From positions 1-64,000 of IMG/VR virus record IMGVR_UViG_3300018080_000098: 64,000 nt of DNA; one strand, given 5' to 3'. Made by a program: the position numbers and the translations under genes. The notes under the pieces were generated by a model, which saw nothing but the letters and a program-made list of their open reading frames with translations, did not search any database and was not told the origin of the DNA. Below are positions 54,410-64,000 of the stretch, piece after piece. Position 1 is the first letter of the stretch, and the number at the start of each line of letters is the position of its first letter.

Positions 54410-56583
54410 CAGTCTTCATCCGTGAGCGGAATGATTGCCAGCGGAGTGTTCTCTTGGTTACGTAGCTGCTGCACCACTTCTTCATAGGAGGCTACCCACC
54501 TCTTGGCTCCCGCTTCCGGCACGACGAGGTTACGTTCACCCACCGCCCACACCGGCCACTCTGCTTGGGTAATGTCTGCGTCACCTATCTCGACTGCACC
54601 ATTATCCATTAGAGTAGTACCTGCTGGAATGACAACTGCTCCTTCGATGCCTCTTGCTTTCCGTCTTTTCGAAAACAGCTTTGGCTTCACGTTAGGACGC
54701 GTGACCTTGAAGTCGCTTACCGTGCAATCTTGCTGCGTCTCGTCCTCGAACATCACCAGAAGTCTATCCTCCTCGTGCAGTCCCCCAACGAAAACTATCT
54801 CGTCGTCCTCCAGCTGCTTGAACACTGGGAACTGCGTACGACGCTGGTCGGGCGGGAACGCCACATACTTGCCGCTCCGCGATAGCACCACAACGCATTC
54901 GTGGTCTTCCGACGCCACACCGATCACCTTCCCCACACTCTTGTCGAACTTCTCCATGAAAGAAATCGACACCGACTGCCCCACGTTGTCCTCCGACACT
55001 ACCGCAAACTTCCCCGGCGTAGTCACCAGGTCCACGTATCCCCACGCTGCCCGACTCTTCAACGGTAGCTCTGTAAAACTGTCCACCTTGCCGTCCTCCG
55101 TTACCCCCACGTAGTACGTCGCCTCCGCTACCGTCAAATCCAAGTCGTCCTTCCCACCCCGCAACCGCGTCCCCCGCTTGTCCGCGTACTCCAGCATCTC
55201 CCGCAATCGACGTCCCACTACACGGTCCAGGTTCCCTAAGTCGTCCTTCACCTCGTCAATTCGATCACTGTACTCCTGAATCCGCTGCTCCAACTTCTCC
55301 TTGTTGATACTCATCAACCCCCGCACCGGAGTCTCCGCTATCACCTTCGCCTGGTCGTTCCCCACAAAACCAAACTCCTCCTGCAGCCTGTTAATCAAAT
55401 CCTCCTCCGACTCCGCCTCCATCAAAATCTTCGTCACCAACGGCAAAGCCCGCACCGCTACCAACCGAGCCGCCTCCATCCCCCGCTTCCGCTCCAACTG
55501 CCGCTGCTCCTCCTCCAATACCAACTGCTCCACCTTCCGACGAAAACGTAAAAATATTTGCAGCAGCTCCTTTAAGCTGTACAGCACCGGACGCTTCTTG
55601 TTGTCCAGCGCGTAAAATTGGTACGTCATCGAAGACCGCAACAACGGCAACACCCGGTCGTTCACTATCTTCGGGTCCGTGAACTCCACTACCACCCGCG
55701 TCCCGATCTTCTTCGAGCTTTCATCGTTCGCCGCCGACTCCAACAGCTTCGCTTCCTTCAACTCCTCCGTTACCCGTACCAACTTCTTCGCATCAAATCC
55801 CGGACCGAAACTTGTGACCACCAACTTCTGCTTGCCCCCCTTCCCATCCTCGAAGTGGTAGTTACACGAGTACATCAACCGACCGCGCCCCGTTCCGTAC
55901 ACCGTCCGCAAATCATCCTTCCGAGACAACAAAATCCCCCCACCGTAATCCGGCCCCTTCACATGCTTCAACAAATCATCCGTCGTACACTCCGGATTCT
56001 CCAACACCTCCAACGCCGCGTTCACCATCTCCCCTAAATTGTGCGGAGGAATATTTGTGGCTATCGCCAGCGCTACCCCCTTGCAGCCGTTCACCAGCAA
56101 CATCGGTACACGCACCGGCAACAGGAAAGGCTCCTCGTACTCCTCGGTGAACGACTTCACCAACGGCATGATCTTGATGTCGTCAAACACCCGGTCCGCA
56201 AACTTCGACAACCGCGTCTCCGTGTACCGGTACGCAGCCGGAGGAGCATCCATCAACGACTCCCGAATGCCGAAGTTACCGTGCTTCTGCACCAACGGAT
56301 GCCGCAACCAACCCATGTTCACCAACGCACCGTAGCACGCCTCGTCACCGTGCGGATGGTACCGACCCAGCGTGTGCCCCACCGCTGTCACCGACTTCAC
56401 CGGTATGTCCTTGCTGTGCCGCTTCAACTCGTGCAACGACCACAGCAGCCGACGCTGTACCGGCTTCAATCCGTCCCGCGCATCCGGTATCGCCCGGTCC
56501 TCGATCACGTACCTTCCGTACTCGAGTATGTACCCCTCGCGTACAATATCCGACGCTTTCTTCTGTTTCAACTTCGCCATCAA
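54409..56583 (-). CDS. gyrA: Type IIA topoisomerase subunit A (GyrA/ParC)
   Basis: RDGLKPVQRR, YHPHGD, AAYRYTETR (catalytic Tyr), NIPPHNLGE. Confidence 0.95.
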   Translation of the reverse strand: MMAKLKQKKASDIVREGYILEYGRYVIEDRAIPDARDGLKPVQRRLLWSLHELKRHSKDIPVKSVTAVGHTLGRYHPHGDEACYGALVNMGWLRHPLVQKHGNFGIRESLMDAPPAAYRYTETRLSKFADRVFDDIKIMPLVKSFTEEYEEPFLLPVRVPMLLVNGCKGVALAIATNIPPHNLGEMVNAALEVLENPECTTDDLLKHVKGPDYGGGILLSRKDDLRTVYGTGRGRLMYSCNYHFEDGKGGKQKLVVTSFGPGFDAKKLVRVTEELKEAKLLESAANDESSKKIGTRVVVEFTDPKIVNDRVLPLLRSSMTYQFYALDNKKRPVLYSLKELLQIFLRFRRKVEQLVLEEEQRQLERKRGMEAARLVAVRALPLVTKILMEAESEEDLINRLQEEFGFVGNDQAKVIAETPVRGLMSINKEKLEQRIQEYSDRIDEVKDDLGNLDRVVGRRLREMLEYADKRGTRLRGGKDDLDLTVAEATYYVGVTEDGKVDSFTELPLKSRAAWGYVDLVTTPGKFAVVSEDNVGQSVSISFMEKFDKSVGKVIGVASEDHECVVVLSRSGKYVAFPPDQRRTQFPVFKQLEDDEIVFVGGLHEEDRLLVMFEDETQQDCTVSDFKVTRPNVKPKLFSKRRKARGIEGAVVIPAGTTLMDNGAVEIGDADITQAEWPVWAVGERNLVVPEAGAKRWVASYEEVVQQLRNQENTPLAIIPLTDED

Positions 56584-57659
56584 CTTATCCCCAGATATCC
56601 AGAAACAATCTGAATGCCCAGCTCTTCTATCTTGTTCCGTCGAGGTGCGTGTTGCAAATCCGAAGTCTGGTGCAACTCCTCGAGCTCCGCACTAATCTCG
56701 CCCTCCCACCGCATCAGCTTCTCGTAGCTCCACTCGCCCCGCTTGATCGGCAACAACACACTCTCAGCCTCCACGCACTCCACGTGGATCGTCTTCTCGG
56801 TCAAAATTTCCCTACAGTTAATTAGAAGCCTGGCCAGATGCGTGGCGTGCTTCGAATCATAACCGTACTTCTCTTCTGACTCCTTACGCCGCGGATTACG
56901 CTCCTTCTTCCAGTGCAACCATGACTTGTACTCCTTGCGCGCCTTTTGATAGAGCTTCTCCTGCCGCAGCACCTCAAGAAAGTTGTCGTCGAATCCCAAC
57001 GCCTTCCCAGCTGCTACCCAACTTTTCTCCTCCACTTCCTGCATCGTCAACGACAACGTGTGCTCCAAGAAGTTACGTAGCATATGCCGCACACCCATCG
57101 CTGCATCCTTGGCAATTCCCGACAACTCCTCCTCGATAGGATACTTGTTCAAGTGCCGACGGATCAGCTCCTGCGCCGCGTTGACCGTCTCCGTAGGAAG
57201 CTCCCTCCTATCCCGCAGCCCGAAGTCCTCCCGCTTAGGCTCCTTCAGCTCCCCCTTCATCAACCATTCCCGGTGACTCCGCATTCTACGCATCTGGCTG
57301 TGGGAGTAACCTCTGTACGAATGGAAACACTTCTTCGAGAGGAACCAGTCCCGGTGTTCCACCAAACGTTCCCAGTATCCACTGCTATCCGTCCAGTACT
57401 TCTCCGGTATCCACATCAACTCGATGATGTTCGGATTGTTCTGCGCTGCCAAGTGTAAAAACTTCGACAGCCCGTAGATAACCTCGTCCACTTCCTTCGG
57501 TGCGTACTGCTCGAACCGACTGGCGTAACCCAACCAGTACCGATGCGGCGGAATGCACACACCGCGGTAGTCGTAATCGGAATCCTTGTTGTGTGTTCCG
57601 TACACCCGAGAACCCGTGAGCGTTCTAAAAATAGTATGGTCTTTAACATCGAAATTCAT
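56580..57659 (-). CDS. Pol-beta-superfamily nucleotidyltransferase (PF10127/RlaP-like)
   Basis: GSRVYGT...SDYDYRGV...NPNIIEL...YDSKHATHLARL. Confidence 0.85.
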   Translation of the reverse strand: MNFDVKDHTIFRTLTGSRVYGTHNKDSDYDYRGVCIPPHRYWLGYASRFEQYAPKEVDEVIYGLSKFLHLAAQNNPNIIELMWIPEKYWTDSSGYWERLVEHRDWFLSKKCFHSYRGYSHSQMRRMRSHREWLMKGELKEPKREDFGLRDRRELPTETVNAAQELIRRHLNKYPIEEELSGIAKDAAMGVRHMLRNFLEHTLSLTMQEVEEKSWVAAGKALGFDDNFLEVLRQEKLYQKARKEYKSWLHWKKERNPRRKESEEKYGYDSKHATHLARLLINCREILTEKTIHVECVEAESVLLPIKRGEWSYEKLMRWEGEISAELEELHQTSDLQHAPRRNKIEELGIQIVSGYLGIS

Positions 57660-58222
57660 CTCACCCTCCAGAACCATGTAAACGGTGGCAACGGATTCAA
57701 ATCCCTCGCCGGAATAGTAAACGCACCGCTGAATACCCCACTGTCGTTCGGCCGCTTCGGCAACATAGCATCCGTCGCCCAACCAATCAAATGAGCTACC
57801 ACCGGCTTCGGAGGCTTCATCTCCGTCACCAACACCAACACGTACACCCAATCCTCGTGACGCTCCTTCGGCCGCACAGCCAACCGGTACGCCAACAAAT
57901 CCCTATCCGGGTTCCGAGCCAAGCTCGCTTTGAAATCAATGTTCGACCCGATGAAATCACTTCCACCATCTCCCACTGTAGGATTCTGGTTCGCCACCCA
58001 CCGCGAGCGCAAGTACGGATCTGGACTCCCAAACAACCACAAGCTCCCCACGTACTGCCCCACCTGACCTACCAGTTGATCGTTCTTCAACGTCGCTTGC
58101 CGATCCCCACCCCGAATGTTTGACCTCCCACCAACACACGCCAGCTTCGCGTGCGCCGCTACCACGTTCATCTCCCCAGGAGAAATCTCCACCCGGATAA
58201 TGTCGCTCCTCGTAATTGTCAT
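57656..58222 (-). CDS. Hypothetical protein (PD-(D/E)xK-like?)
   Basis: DGGSDFIGSNIDFKAS. Confidence 0.55.
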   Translation of the reverse strand: MTITRSDIIRVEISPGEMNVVAAHAKLACVGGRSNIRGGDRQATLKNDQLVGQVGQYVGSLWLFGSPDPYLRSRWVANQNPTVGDGGSDFIGSNIDFKASLARNPDRDLLAYRLAVRPKERHEDWVYVLVLVTEMKPPKPVVAHLIGWATDAMLPKRPNDSGVFSGAFTIPARDLNPLPPFTWFWRVR

Positions 58223-60090
58223 TATTCCACGACGCCCAGGATCTTCTTCCGGTGCACGGGGTCCTTCCCCATGTACGCCAACACCAATTCCTGGTCCTTC
58301 TTGCCACCCCATAATACCTGGAACACCTTCCGCGTCTTCGGGCTCATCGCGTAAATCTGCAAGTCCCCCGCTTCCGACTCTCCCAAACCCTTGAACCGCG
58401 TGATCCGCGTCTTCACGTTCCCCTTTATCTGCTCCCGTACCTCCTCCACCGTATCCCCGTACACCCGCTGCTTCGCCGTCACCCCCATGAACAATGGACT
58501 CTCCACTACAAACAACCGACCATCCTCAATCAGCTGCGGCATGTGCGCCGCAAAGAAAGTTAATAGCAGCGCCTGAATATGCTTCCCATCCGAGTCCGCA
58601 TCCATCAACAAGTAGATTCCCTTGTAGCGACACTTCGCCAGGTTGAACGCCGGACCAATCCCAGTACCCACCGCCTGCGTAACACTCGTAAGCTCCGCGT
58701 TCGCTAGAATCTTGTCGATGCCTACCTCCGCAGCGTTCTTCACCTTCCCACGTAAAGGCAAAATCTCCTGGAAATGCACGTTCTCTTTCAACGTCACCCG
58801 GGCATCCCGAGCACTCCCGAACGCCGAAGTACCCTCGACGATAAACAGTTCCCGCTCATCCGGAGAGCAATCAGAAGCTTCACACAGTTTGCCAGGTAGA
58901 ATACTCTTGGCACCCTGCTTGACTTTCATCTCGCGGATCGCTTTTTGCTGCTCCCGCAACTTCTTCTTCGCGTCCCGCAGCAACACCGCCCGCTCGAGCA
59001 GCTGCTTCGTCACGTCCGGATTCGCAGCTACGAATTTTCGCAGCGCGCTCTCCACAATCTCCTGTACCTGCTCCTCCACCTCTCGATTCTGCAAACTGCG
59101 CTTCGTCTGCCCCCGAAACTCTGGCTCCAAAACGTGCGCGTGCACAATCCCCACTACACCTTCACGCAGATAGTCACCCTTCAGTTTACCGTACTTGCCG
59201 CTGGCAGCCTGGTCCTGCAGCACCTTTTGAATGGCCTTCTTCACCCCCGATACGTGCTTCCCGTGCTCTGGCGTGCTCGTCACGTTCACGAAAGACGACC
59301 ACCACTCCGTACCAGCATCCGTCCAGACGAGTGCCACCTCCACCAACTCCTCTTCGACCACGATAGGCTCGTGTAGCTGAGCAACATCCGGATGCTCCTC
59401 CATGTACACCGGCAACATGTCCGCCAACCCACCGTCTGCCACAAACCGCTCTGGCGCTTCATTGTCCACCTTGAACTCCACTACCAACCCAGGGCACAAG
59501 TAGGCAATCGATTGTAGCCTTCTCCGAATGCGCCCAACGTCGAACTTCGCTCCTTTGAATATCTTCGGGTCCGGCCGGAACATGATCCGCGTCCCCGCCT
59601 GCATCTTCACCTTCGCCCTATTCACCTTCGTCGTTGGTTCGCCTCGCTCGAACGTCTGGTGATACACCTTCCCGTTCTGCACCGTCCACACAGACAGCTT
59701 CTCAGACAACGCGTTTGTCGCCTTGATACCAATGCCGTGCAGCCCCGCCACCGCGCTCGTGTACGCCCCCTGCCCAAACTTCCCTCCCGAGTGTAGCTTC
59801 GTGAGCACCGCCGTCAACAAAGGCAGCCCGGTCTTCTTGTGCTTCGATACAGGTATCCCGCGCCCGTTATCGATCACCACTGCTATCTGATTAGCCGTGT
59901 CAATTTTTACACCAACCGCAGTAACGTGCCCATCCATGAACTCGTCGATAGCGTTGGACACCACCTCCTCGAGAACATGATGTAATCCATCGGGGCCGGT
60001 GTCCCCGATGTACATGGCAGGTCTCAGGCGGATGGGCTCTAGGTTCTCGAGGATCTTTATTTTATCCCCGGCATAATGCTTCTTGCTCAA
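58222..60090 (-). CDS. gyrB: Type IIA topoisomerase subunit B (GyrB/ParE)
   Basis: IRLRPAMYIG, EVVSNAIDE, DNGRGIP, LHSGGKF, GLHGIG, VEGTSA, PLRGK, DADSDG, RFKGLGE. Confidence 0.95.
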   Translation of the reverse strand: MSKKHYAGDKIKILENLEPIRLRPAMYIGDTGPDGLHHVLEEVVSNAIDEFMDGHVTAVGVKIDTANQIAVVIDNGRGIPVSKHKKTGLPLLTAVLTKLHSGGKFGQGAYTSAVAGLHGIGIKATNALSEKLSVWTVQNGKVYHQTFERGEPTTKVNRAKVKMQAGTRIMFRPDPKIFKGAKFDVGRIRRRLQSIAYLCPGLVVEFKVDNEAPERFVADGGLADMLPVYMEEHPDVAQLHEPIVVEEELVEVALVWTDAGTEWWSSFVNVTSTPEHGKHVSGVKKAIQKVLQDQAASGKYGKLKGDYLREGVVGIVHAHVLEPEFRGQTKRSLQNREVEEQVQEIVESALRKFVAANPDVTKQLLERAVLLRDAKKKLREQQKAIREMKVKQGAKSILPGKLCEASDCSPDERELFIVEGTSAFGSARDARVTLKENVHFQEILPLRGKVKNAAEVGIDKILANAELTSVTQAVGTGIGPAFNLAKCRYKGIYLLMDADSDGKHIQALLLTFFAAHMPQLIEDGRLFVVESPLFMGVTAKQRVYGDTVEEVREQIKGNVKTRITRFKGLGESEAGDLQIYAMSPKTRKVFQVLWGGKKDQELVLAYMGKDPVHRKKILGVVE

Positions 60091-60095
60091 CTTCT

Positions 60096-63086
60096 CTATC
60101 CTACGCTAGCTTGGAGGTTTCGCTTCTGCCACCAATCCCAATAGCTCAACGCCTTCCCCAACGGACCAGACTTCAGCTTCAGCTCGATGTTCTTCGACCC
60201 ACACTCCTCGCACCGCTTGTTCTTGGGGTACGAAGTCTCTTCGCGTTCTTTCCCACATGCACGACACTTTACAACGTACTTCTCCTGGATGTCAATATCC
60301 ACCTGGTCCGCCCACGTAGGCCCAATCGAGAAATCCGCCACGAAGGGAATCGACATCTTCACCCCGAACGGCTTCATCAGCTCCGGGTCCACCATGATTC
60401 GATCCGCCACCTCAATATACTCCTGCACATCCTCCACTGGAATCTCCGCAATAATCGAGTCGTGCACGATATTCAACAGCTTCCAGGGCTTCTTACACAA
60501 ATCAATGTGTTTCTGAATAGCGATGCACGCCATCAGATTCGTGTCGCTAGCTATCGCTTGGATAGGCGCGTTTCGACAAACCCGGTCCTCGTAAGACCGA
60601 TACTTCCCAATATCTGTTATAATGCGTCGTCCGTCTATCTCGAAATACTCGTTGTCGTCGGTAACCACAAATCCCGACACCAAATGCCGACGACGACCAA
60701 TAGGTGACTCGACGTAGCCCCGGTTGAATCCATACTCCTCAATCCACGTGAGCCACTTGCGCGCTCGAGGAAATTGTTGCATGAATTTGTCTTGGAAGTC
60801 AGCTGCCTCCCTCGTAGAAATTCCAAGCGCCTCGGAAATTCCAAACACAGACATACCGTAGATGATCCCGAAGACGATCTGCTTCGAACCACCTCTTTCC
60901 AAATCTGTAATTTCGTGCGGAGGTTTACCAAAAATCTGTGAAGCGGTCTGTCGATGGAAGTCGCCTTCCTGGATCATCCGTCGACGATTCTCTTCCGTAG
61001 GATTCTCCAAGTAAGCTTTCTGAACTCGTGCAACAGCTTCAAAAGCGGCTTTGAGATTGGGATCACCCGTGATCTGCGCTAGCCACCGTACCTCTGCCTG
61101 GCTGTAGTCCGCGCAGACCATCAGGTGCCGTTCCTCCACGGTGTACACTCGTTTCACTGCCAGAGCGTTGACCGTCTTCCCCTTGGGGATGTTCTGCATG
61201 TTGGGCTCGCTCGAGCTTGTCCTCCCCGTGGCTGCGATGTGGAAGTTGAACGACGCGCGAATACGACCGTCGCGCATCTCCGGACTGTTCTGCAACATTC
61301 GATAGGGAGCTTCGATGTACGTTCCCCTCAGCTTGTCGAGCGACTTCCACTCGGATGCCAGGTCGACTTCTTTTACTCCCTTGTTCTCTTTGTAGAATGC
61401 CTTGTCGATTTTTGGGCGCTGTGTCTTTTCTGTTATCTGTGTTGGCAGTCTAAGCACATCGACGAACAAGGCTTTCTGCGAGTCGGGCTTGTTGATGTGG
61501 AAGAGCCACGGCTCTTTCGCTTGGCTTCCCCAGATACCCGCCATGCCACGAGTTCTCTTCACCTTCCGAAGCAGTATCTGATTCGCGTGCGTTACACTTT
61601 CCAAGTTCCGTAACTCGTCTTCGATATGGAACAACCTTCCGACGATAGGAGAATCTTTCCGCAGCAAGTAACGAAGTTGTTCCTTATTGGCTTTGATACC
61701 GTTTCGCTCCATGATAGCAGCGAACATCGATACGGGACCATGCATATGCACGCCCAACCGTTTGAGTTTTTCCTGGTACTCCATCTGCGCTGCCACCAGG
61801 TCCTGCATGTGATGCAGCCGCCAGGTTACGTAGCAGTCCATTCCGTTGTACTCGCACAGTGTGGAGAGGTCGGCTTCTTCCATCGAGCGTTTTTTACTAC
61901 CACGGATTGCCAACGCTTGTACAATATCCTCATCCACGTACCCAGTGAACCCGAGCCACTCGTCGCTCAGCGTTTTCAGCCCGAAGGGGTATTGTGTTAC
62001 GCCTTTTCTGTTCTCGTTCAGCGCGTGCGCTCGCAGCATTGTATCCTCGAGGGGGAGGTTCCACAATGGAATCCCAAACTCGTCCAGTGTAGCTGCGCAC
62101 TCGAACTTGAGGTTGTGCGCTACCAAAGACCGAAAGGATACGTTGCGAGCAGTGAAGAACATGTGTAGTAGTTTCTTCACCTCGCGGAACTCTTTGCCAC
62201 TCCATGGACTGTCGGGGTGTCGGTAAGGGATAACGAATCCCCGGTCGGGGCCGTAGGCAAACCCGACTGTCAATATCTTGTTGCCCACTCGCTGTAAGTT
62301 GGCTGTTTCGTAGTCCAGCACAACCACTCGATCCTTATCCAGGTTGCTCACCATATGCTTGAGCAACTTGTACACCTTATCTACTTCCTGCACTACTACT
62401 GTCGGCTTCCCTCGTTTACTGTAGTCTGGTACTACCCCTCGAGCTTTGTAGAACGCCCGAGAAATATCCTCCTCGAACATCCCTCCCATTCCTGGCGTTC
62501 TGCTGACGAAGGCGAAATGAAAAGTGATGATAGCCGGGTACTCCTCCCCGTCCGGCGTCTTTACCACTACCTCTTTTCCCCGCAGCCCGAATACTTTGGC
62601 AGCCGAGTCAATCTGCTCGCCTGTTTGCTTGTCCACCGCTAGCCCTACTGCTGCTGATTTACCAAGCAGCACAATATAGGCAGGCTTGACCTTCATGATG
62701 TCGCGCAAAATATTGCGTCGACACGTCCGCACCTCAGCCGAAGTAGGCGGTCGGTCCTTGCGAGGGTCTTCCTCGCGCACAGGTCTGCACCGCACCACGT
62801 TCCCGTAGGCCACCCCTTTTTGCGTTCCTCCGTTGACTTTGTGGACTAACTGCCGAAGGATCTGACCCGTTCCACCCACCATCGGTCGACCCACATCATT
62901 CTCTACCCGTCCTGGGGCCTCCGCGATAAACATCACGTCGACACCCATCCCCTTCCTATTCTTTCCTCCTCGGTAAACTTCGGTGGGAACCTGCTTACGA
63001 ACGAAGCGGTTGCCTAACAGGGGGCACTCGTACTGTTTGCAGATGTTATCTGCGAGAGGAGAAAGGATGAACTGGTCGTCGGTCAT
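60096..63086 (-). CDS. polA: Family A DNA polymerase with an N-terminal family-4 uracil-DNA glycosylase-like domain and 3'-5' exonuclease
   Basis: UDG: FIAEAPG...NVVRCRP...CR...TFHF; exonuclease: LDYET, AHNLKFE, YNGMD; polymerase motifs ADYSQAE, RGGSKQIVFGIIYG, VHDS. Confidence 0.95.
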   Translation of the reverse strand: MTDDQFILSPLADNICKQYECPLLGNRFVRKQVPTEVYRGGKNRKGMGVDVMFIAEAPGRVENDVGRPMVGGTGQILRQLVHKVNGGTQKGVAYGNVVRCRPVREEDPRKDRPPTSAEVRTCRRNILRDIMKVKPAYIVLLGKSAAVGLAVDKQTGEQIDSAAKVFGLRGKEVVVKTPDGEEYPAIITFHFAFVSRTPGMGGMFEEDISRAFYKARGVVPDYSKRGKPTVVVQEVDKVYKLLKHMVSNLDKDRVVVLDYETANLQRVGNKILTVGFAYGPDRGFVIPYRHPDSPWSGKEFREVKKLLHMFFTARNVSFRSLVAHNLKFECAATLDEFGIPLWNLPLEDTMLRAHALNENRKGVTQYPFGLKTLSDEWLGFTGYVDEDIVQALAIRGSKKRSMEEADLSTLCEYNGMDCYVTWRLHHMQDLVAAQMEYQEKLKRLGVHMHGPVSMFAAIMERNGIKANKEQLRYLLRKDSPIVGRLFHIEDELRNLESVTHANQILLRKVKRTRGMAGIWGSQAKEPWLFHINKPDSQKALFVDVLRLPTQITEKTQRPKIDKAFYKENKGVKEVDLASEWKSLDKLRGTYIEAPYRMLQNSPEMRDGRIRASFNFHIAATGRTSSSEPNMQNIPKGKTVNALAVKRVYTVEERHLMVCADYSQAEVRWLAQITGDPNLKAAFEAVARVQKAYLENPTEENRRRMIQEGDFHRQTASQIFGKPPHEITDLERGGSKQIVFGIIYGMSVFGISEALGISTREAADFQDKFMQQFPRARKWLTWIEEYGFNRGYVESPIGRRRHLVSGFVVTDDNEYFEIDGRRIITDIGKYRSYEDRVCRNAPIQAIASDTNLMACIAIQKHIDLCKKPWKLLNIVHDSIIAEIPVEDVQEYIEVADRIMVDPELMKPFGVKMSIPFVADFSIGPTWADQVDIDIQEKYVVKCRACGKEREETSYPKNKRCEECGSKNIELKLKSGPLGKALSYWDWWQKRNLQASVG

Positions 63087-63351
63087 TCGGTGAGCTCCCT
63101 GAACGTAGCACCGAATCGGTGATACGTAGTAGTTTTACCAGGGAGACACCCGTCGACGCCTTGTCCCGGAAAGGTCCAGGAGTTCGGTTCATCGCCGTGA
63201 GCACGCGGGAAAGGTTATTGGCGATTGTACGTGCGGTCGGTCCGTTGCATCCGTAGGTAGCAATAAAGTTTGCTACGTTCACGAAGTTTCCAGTCTCACC
63301 TCGGATGAACAAACCGTAGCCGCCTTGCACGTTCATCGCCCAGAATCGCAT
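63046..63351 (-). CDS. Hypothetical protein
   Basis: ORF overlapping the polA start. Confidence 0.45.
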   Translation of the reverse strand: MRFWAMNVQGGYGLFIRGETGNFVNVANFIATYGCNGPTARTIANNLSRVLTAMNRTPGPFRDKASTGVSLVKLLRITDSVLRSGSSPNDRRPVHPFSSRR

Positions 63352-63446
63352 ACCGGCGCCACCCTGCTCTAGTATTTTACAAGGTGGCTGCCCGTTTTGA
63401 TGGGCGTTACTACTTCTCTGCCTACCTCTGCAGCATCCCATCGTTT

Positions 63447-63962
63447 TTACGCCTGTTCGCCTGCAAGAGACTTCTTTCCAAAAGAAGCCTCCTTCGGCCA
63501 ATCACTAACGCCGTCAAATACTACGATAATACTATTTATTGTGTGATGGTCGCCTTCACGATACTTGTACATCAACTTCCTGCGCATGGTCAAGCTGCAA
63601 ATCCAGTTCGGCCCCAGCTTCTCCGGGTACTCCAGTATCTTCGGATGCAACAGGATAGTATTTCCACACCGCTCAGTAGTGTAGGTGCCAGGAATCATGT
63701 GGATGATATCGGGGTCCCCATTCGCATTCTTCGAAGGGACTTTCTCGATAGGACGCAACACAAACACACCTCGAGGACCACCAGCTCCCTTCTCCGCCAC
63801 AATCTCTACATACCAGAACTCTTCCGGTTGAGGAGCTTGCGACTGGTCCTCAATGTGCTCCCAAGAAAGAACTCCCGTCTTCCCCAACGTCTTGGAAATT
63901 ACCTTGTTGTTGGGAGGGGCGTCTTCCTGCCTGTTTTTCATGAATTTGACTAATGTGATCAA
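63447..63962 (-). CDS. Hypothetical protein
   Basis: ORF track, about 170 aa. Confidence 0.65.
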   Translation of the reverse strand: MITLVKFMKNRQEDAPPNNKVISKTLGKTGVLSWEHIEDQSQAPQPEEFWYVEIVAEKGAGGPRGVFVLRPIEKVPSKNANGDPDIIHMIPGTYTTERCGNTILLHPKILEYPEKLGPNWICSLTMRRKLMYKYREGDHHTINSIIVVFDGVSDWPKEASFGKKSLAGEQA

Positions 63963-64000
63963 CGTAATGACTCCGTGAGTTAGAGGTACTTCCAGAAATG

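Overview
This is a 64-kb segment of a large, probably jumbo, contractile-tailed bacteriophage genome. Almost all genes are on the minus strand. 1-31 kb is an early/accessory region of many small hypothetical ORFs driven by repeated sigma70-type promoters. It also carries a PolX HhH fragment, an AAA ATPase, ParB, a methyltransferase and a BrxL-like ATPase. 31-47.7 kb holds a NodB deacetylase, an HNH nuclease, a tail module (tape measure, frameshifted chaperone, tube, sheath) and a lysin. 47.8-52.8 kb is a nicotinamidase plus TerY-P (vWA/PP2C/kinase) cluster. 52.8-64 kb has dCTP deaminase, a Dam-type methylase, type IIA topoisomerase A and B subunits, a nucleotidyltransferase and a UDG-fused family A DNA polymerase. 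The top candidate for a new system is a promoter-driven 125-nt tRNA/tmRNA-like RNA (26634-26758, minus strand). Its two predicted unpaired segments are the reverse complements of two motifs conserved in early-region mRNA leaders. One is GAAACGGAG, found in 20 ribosome-binding sites. The other is GUCGGAYGGAAA, found at 7 predicted transcript 5' ends. This suggests a phage-encoded tRNA-mimic guide RNA acting on a whole regulon of phage mRNAs. All calls were made by eye from the sequence and ORF track; no database searches or folding programs were run.
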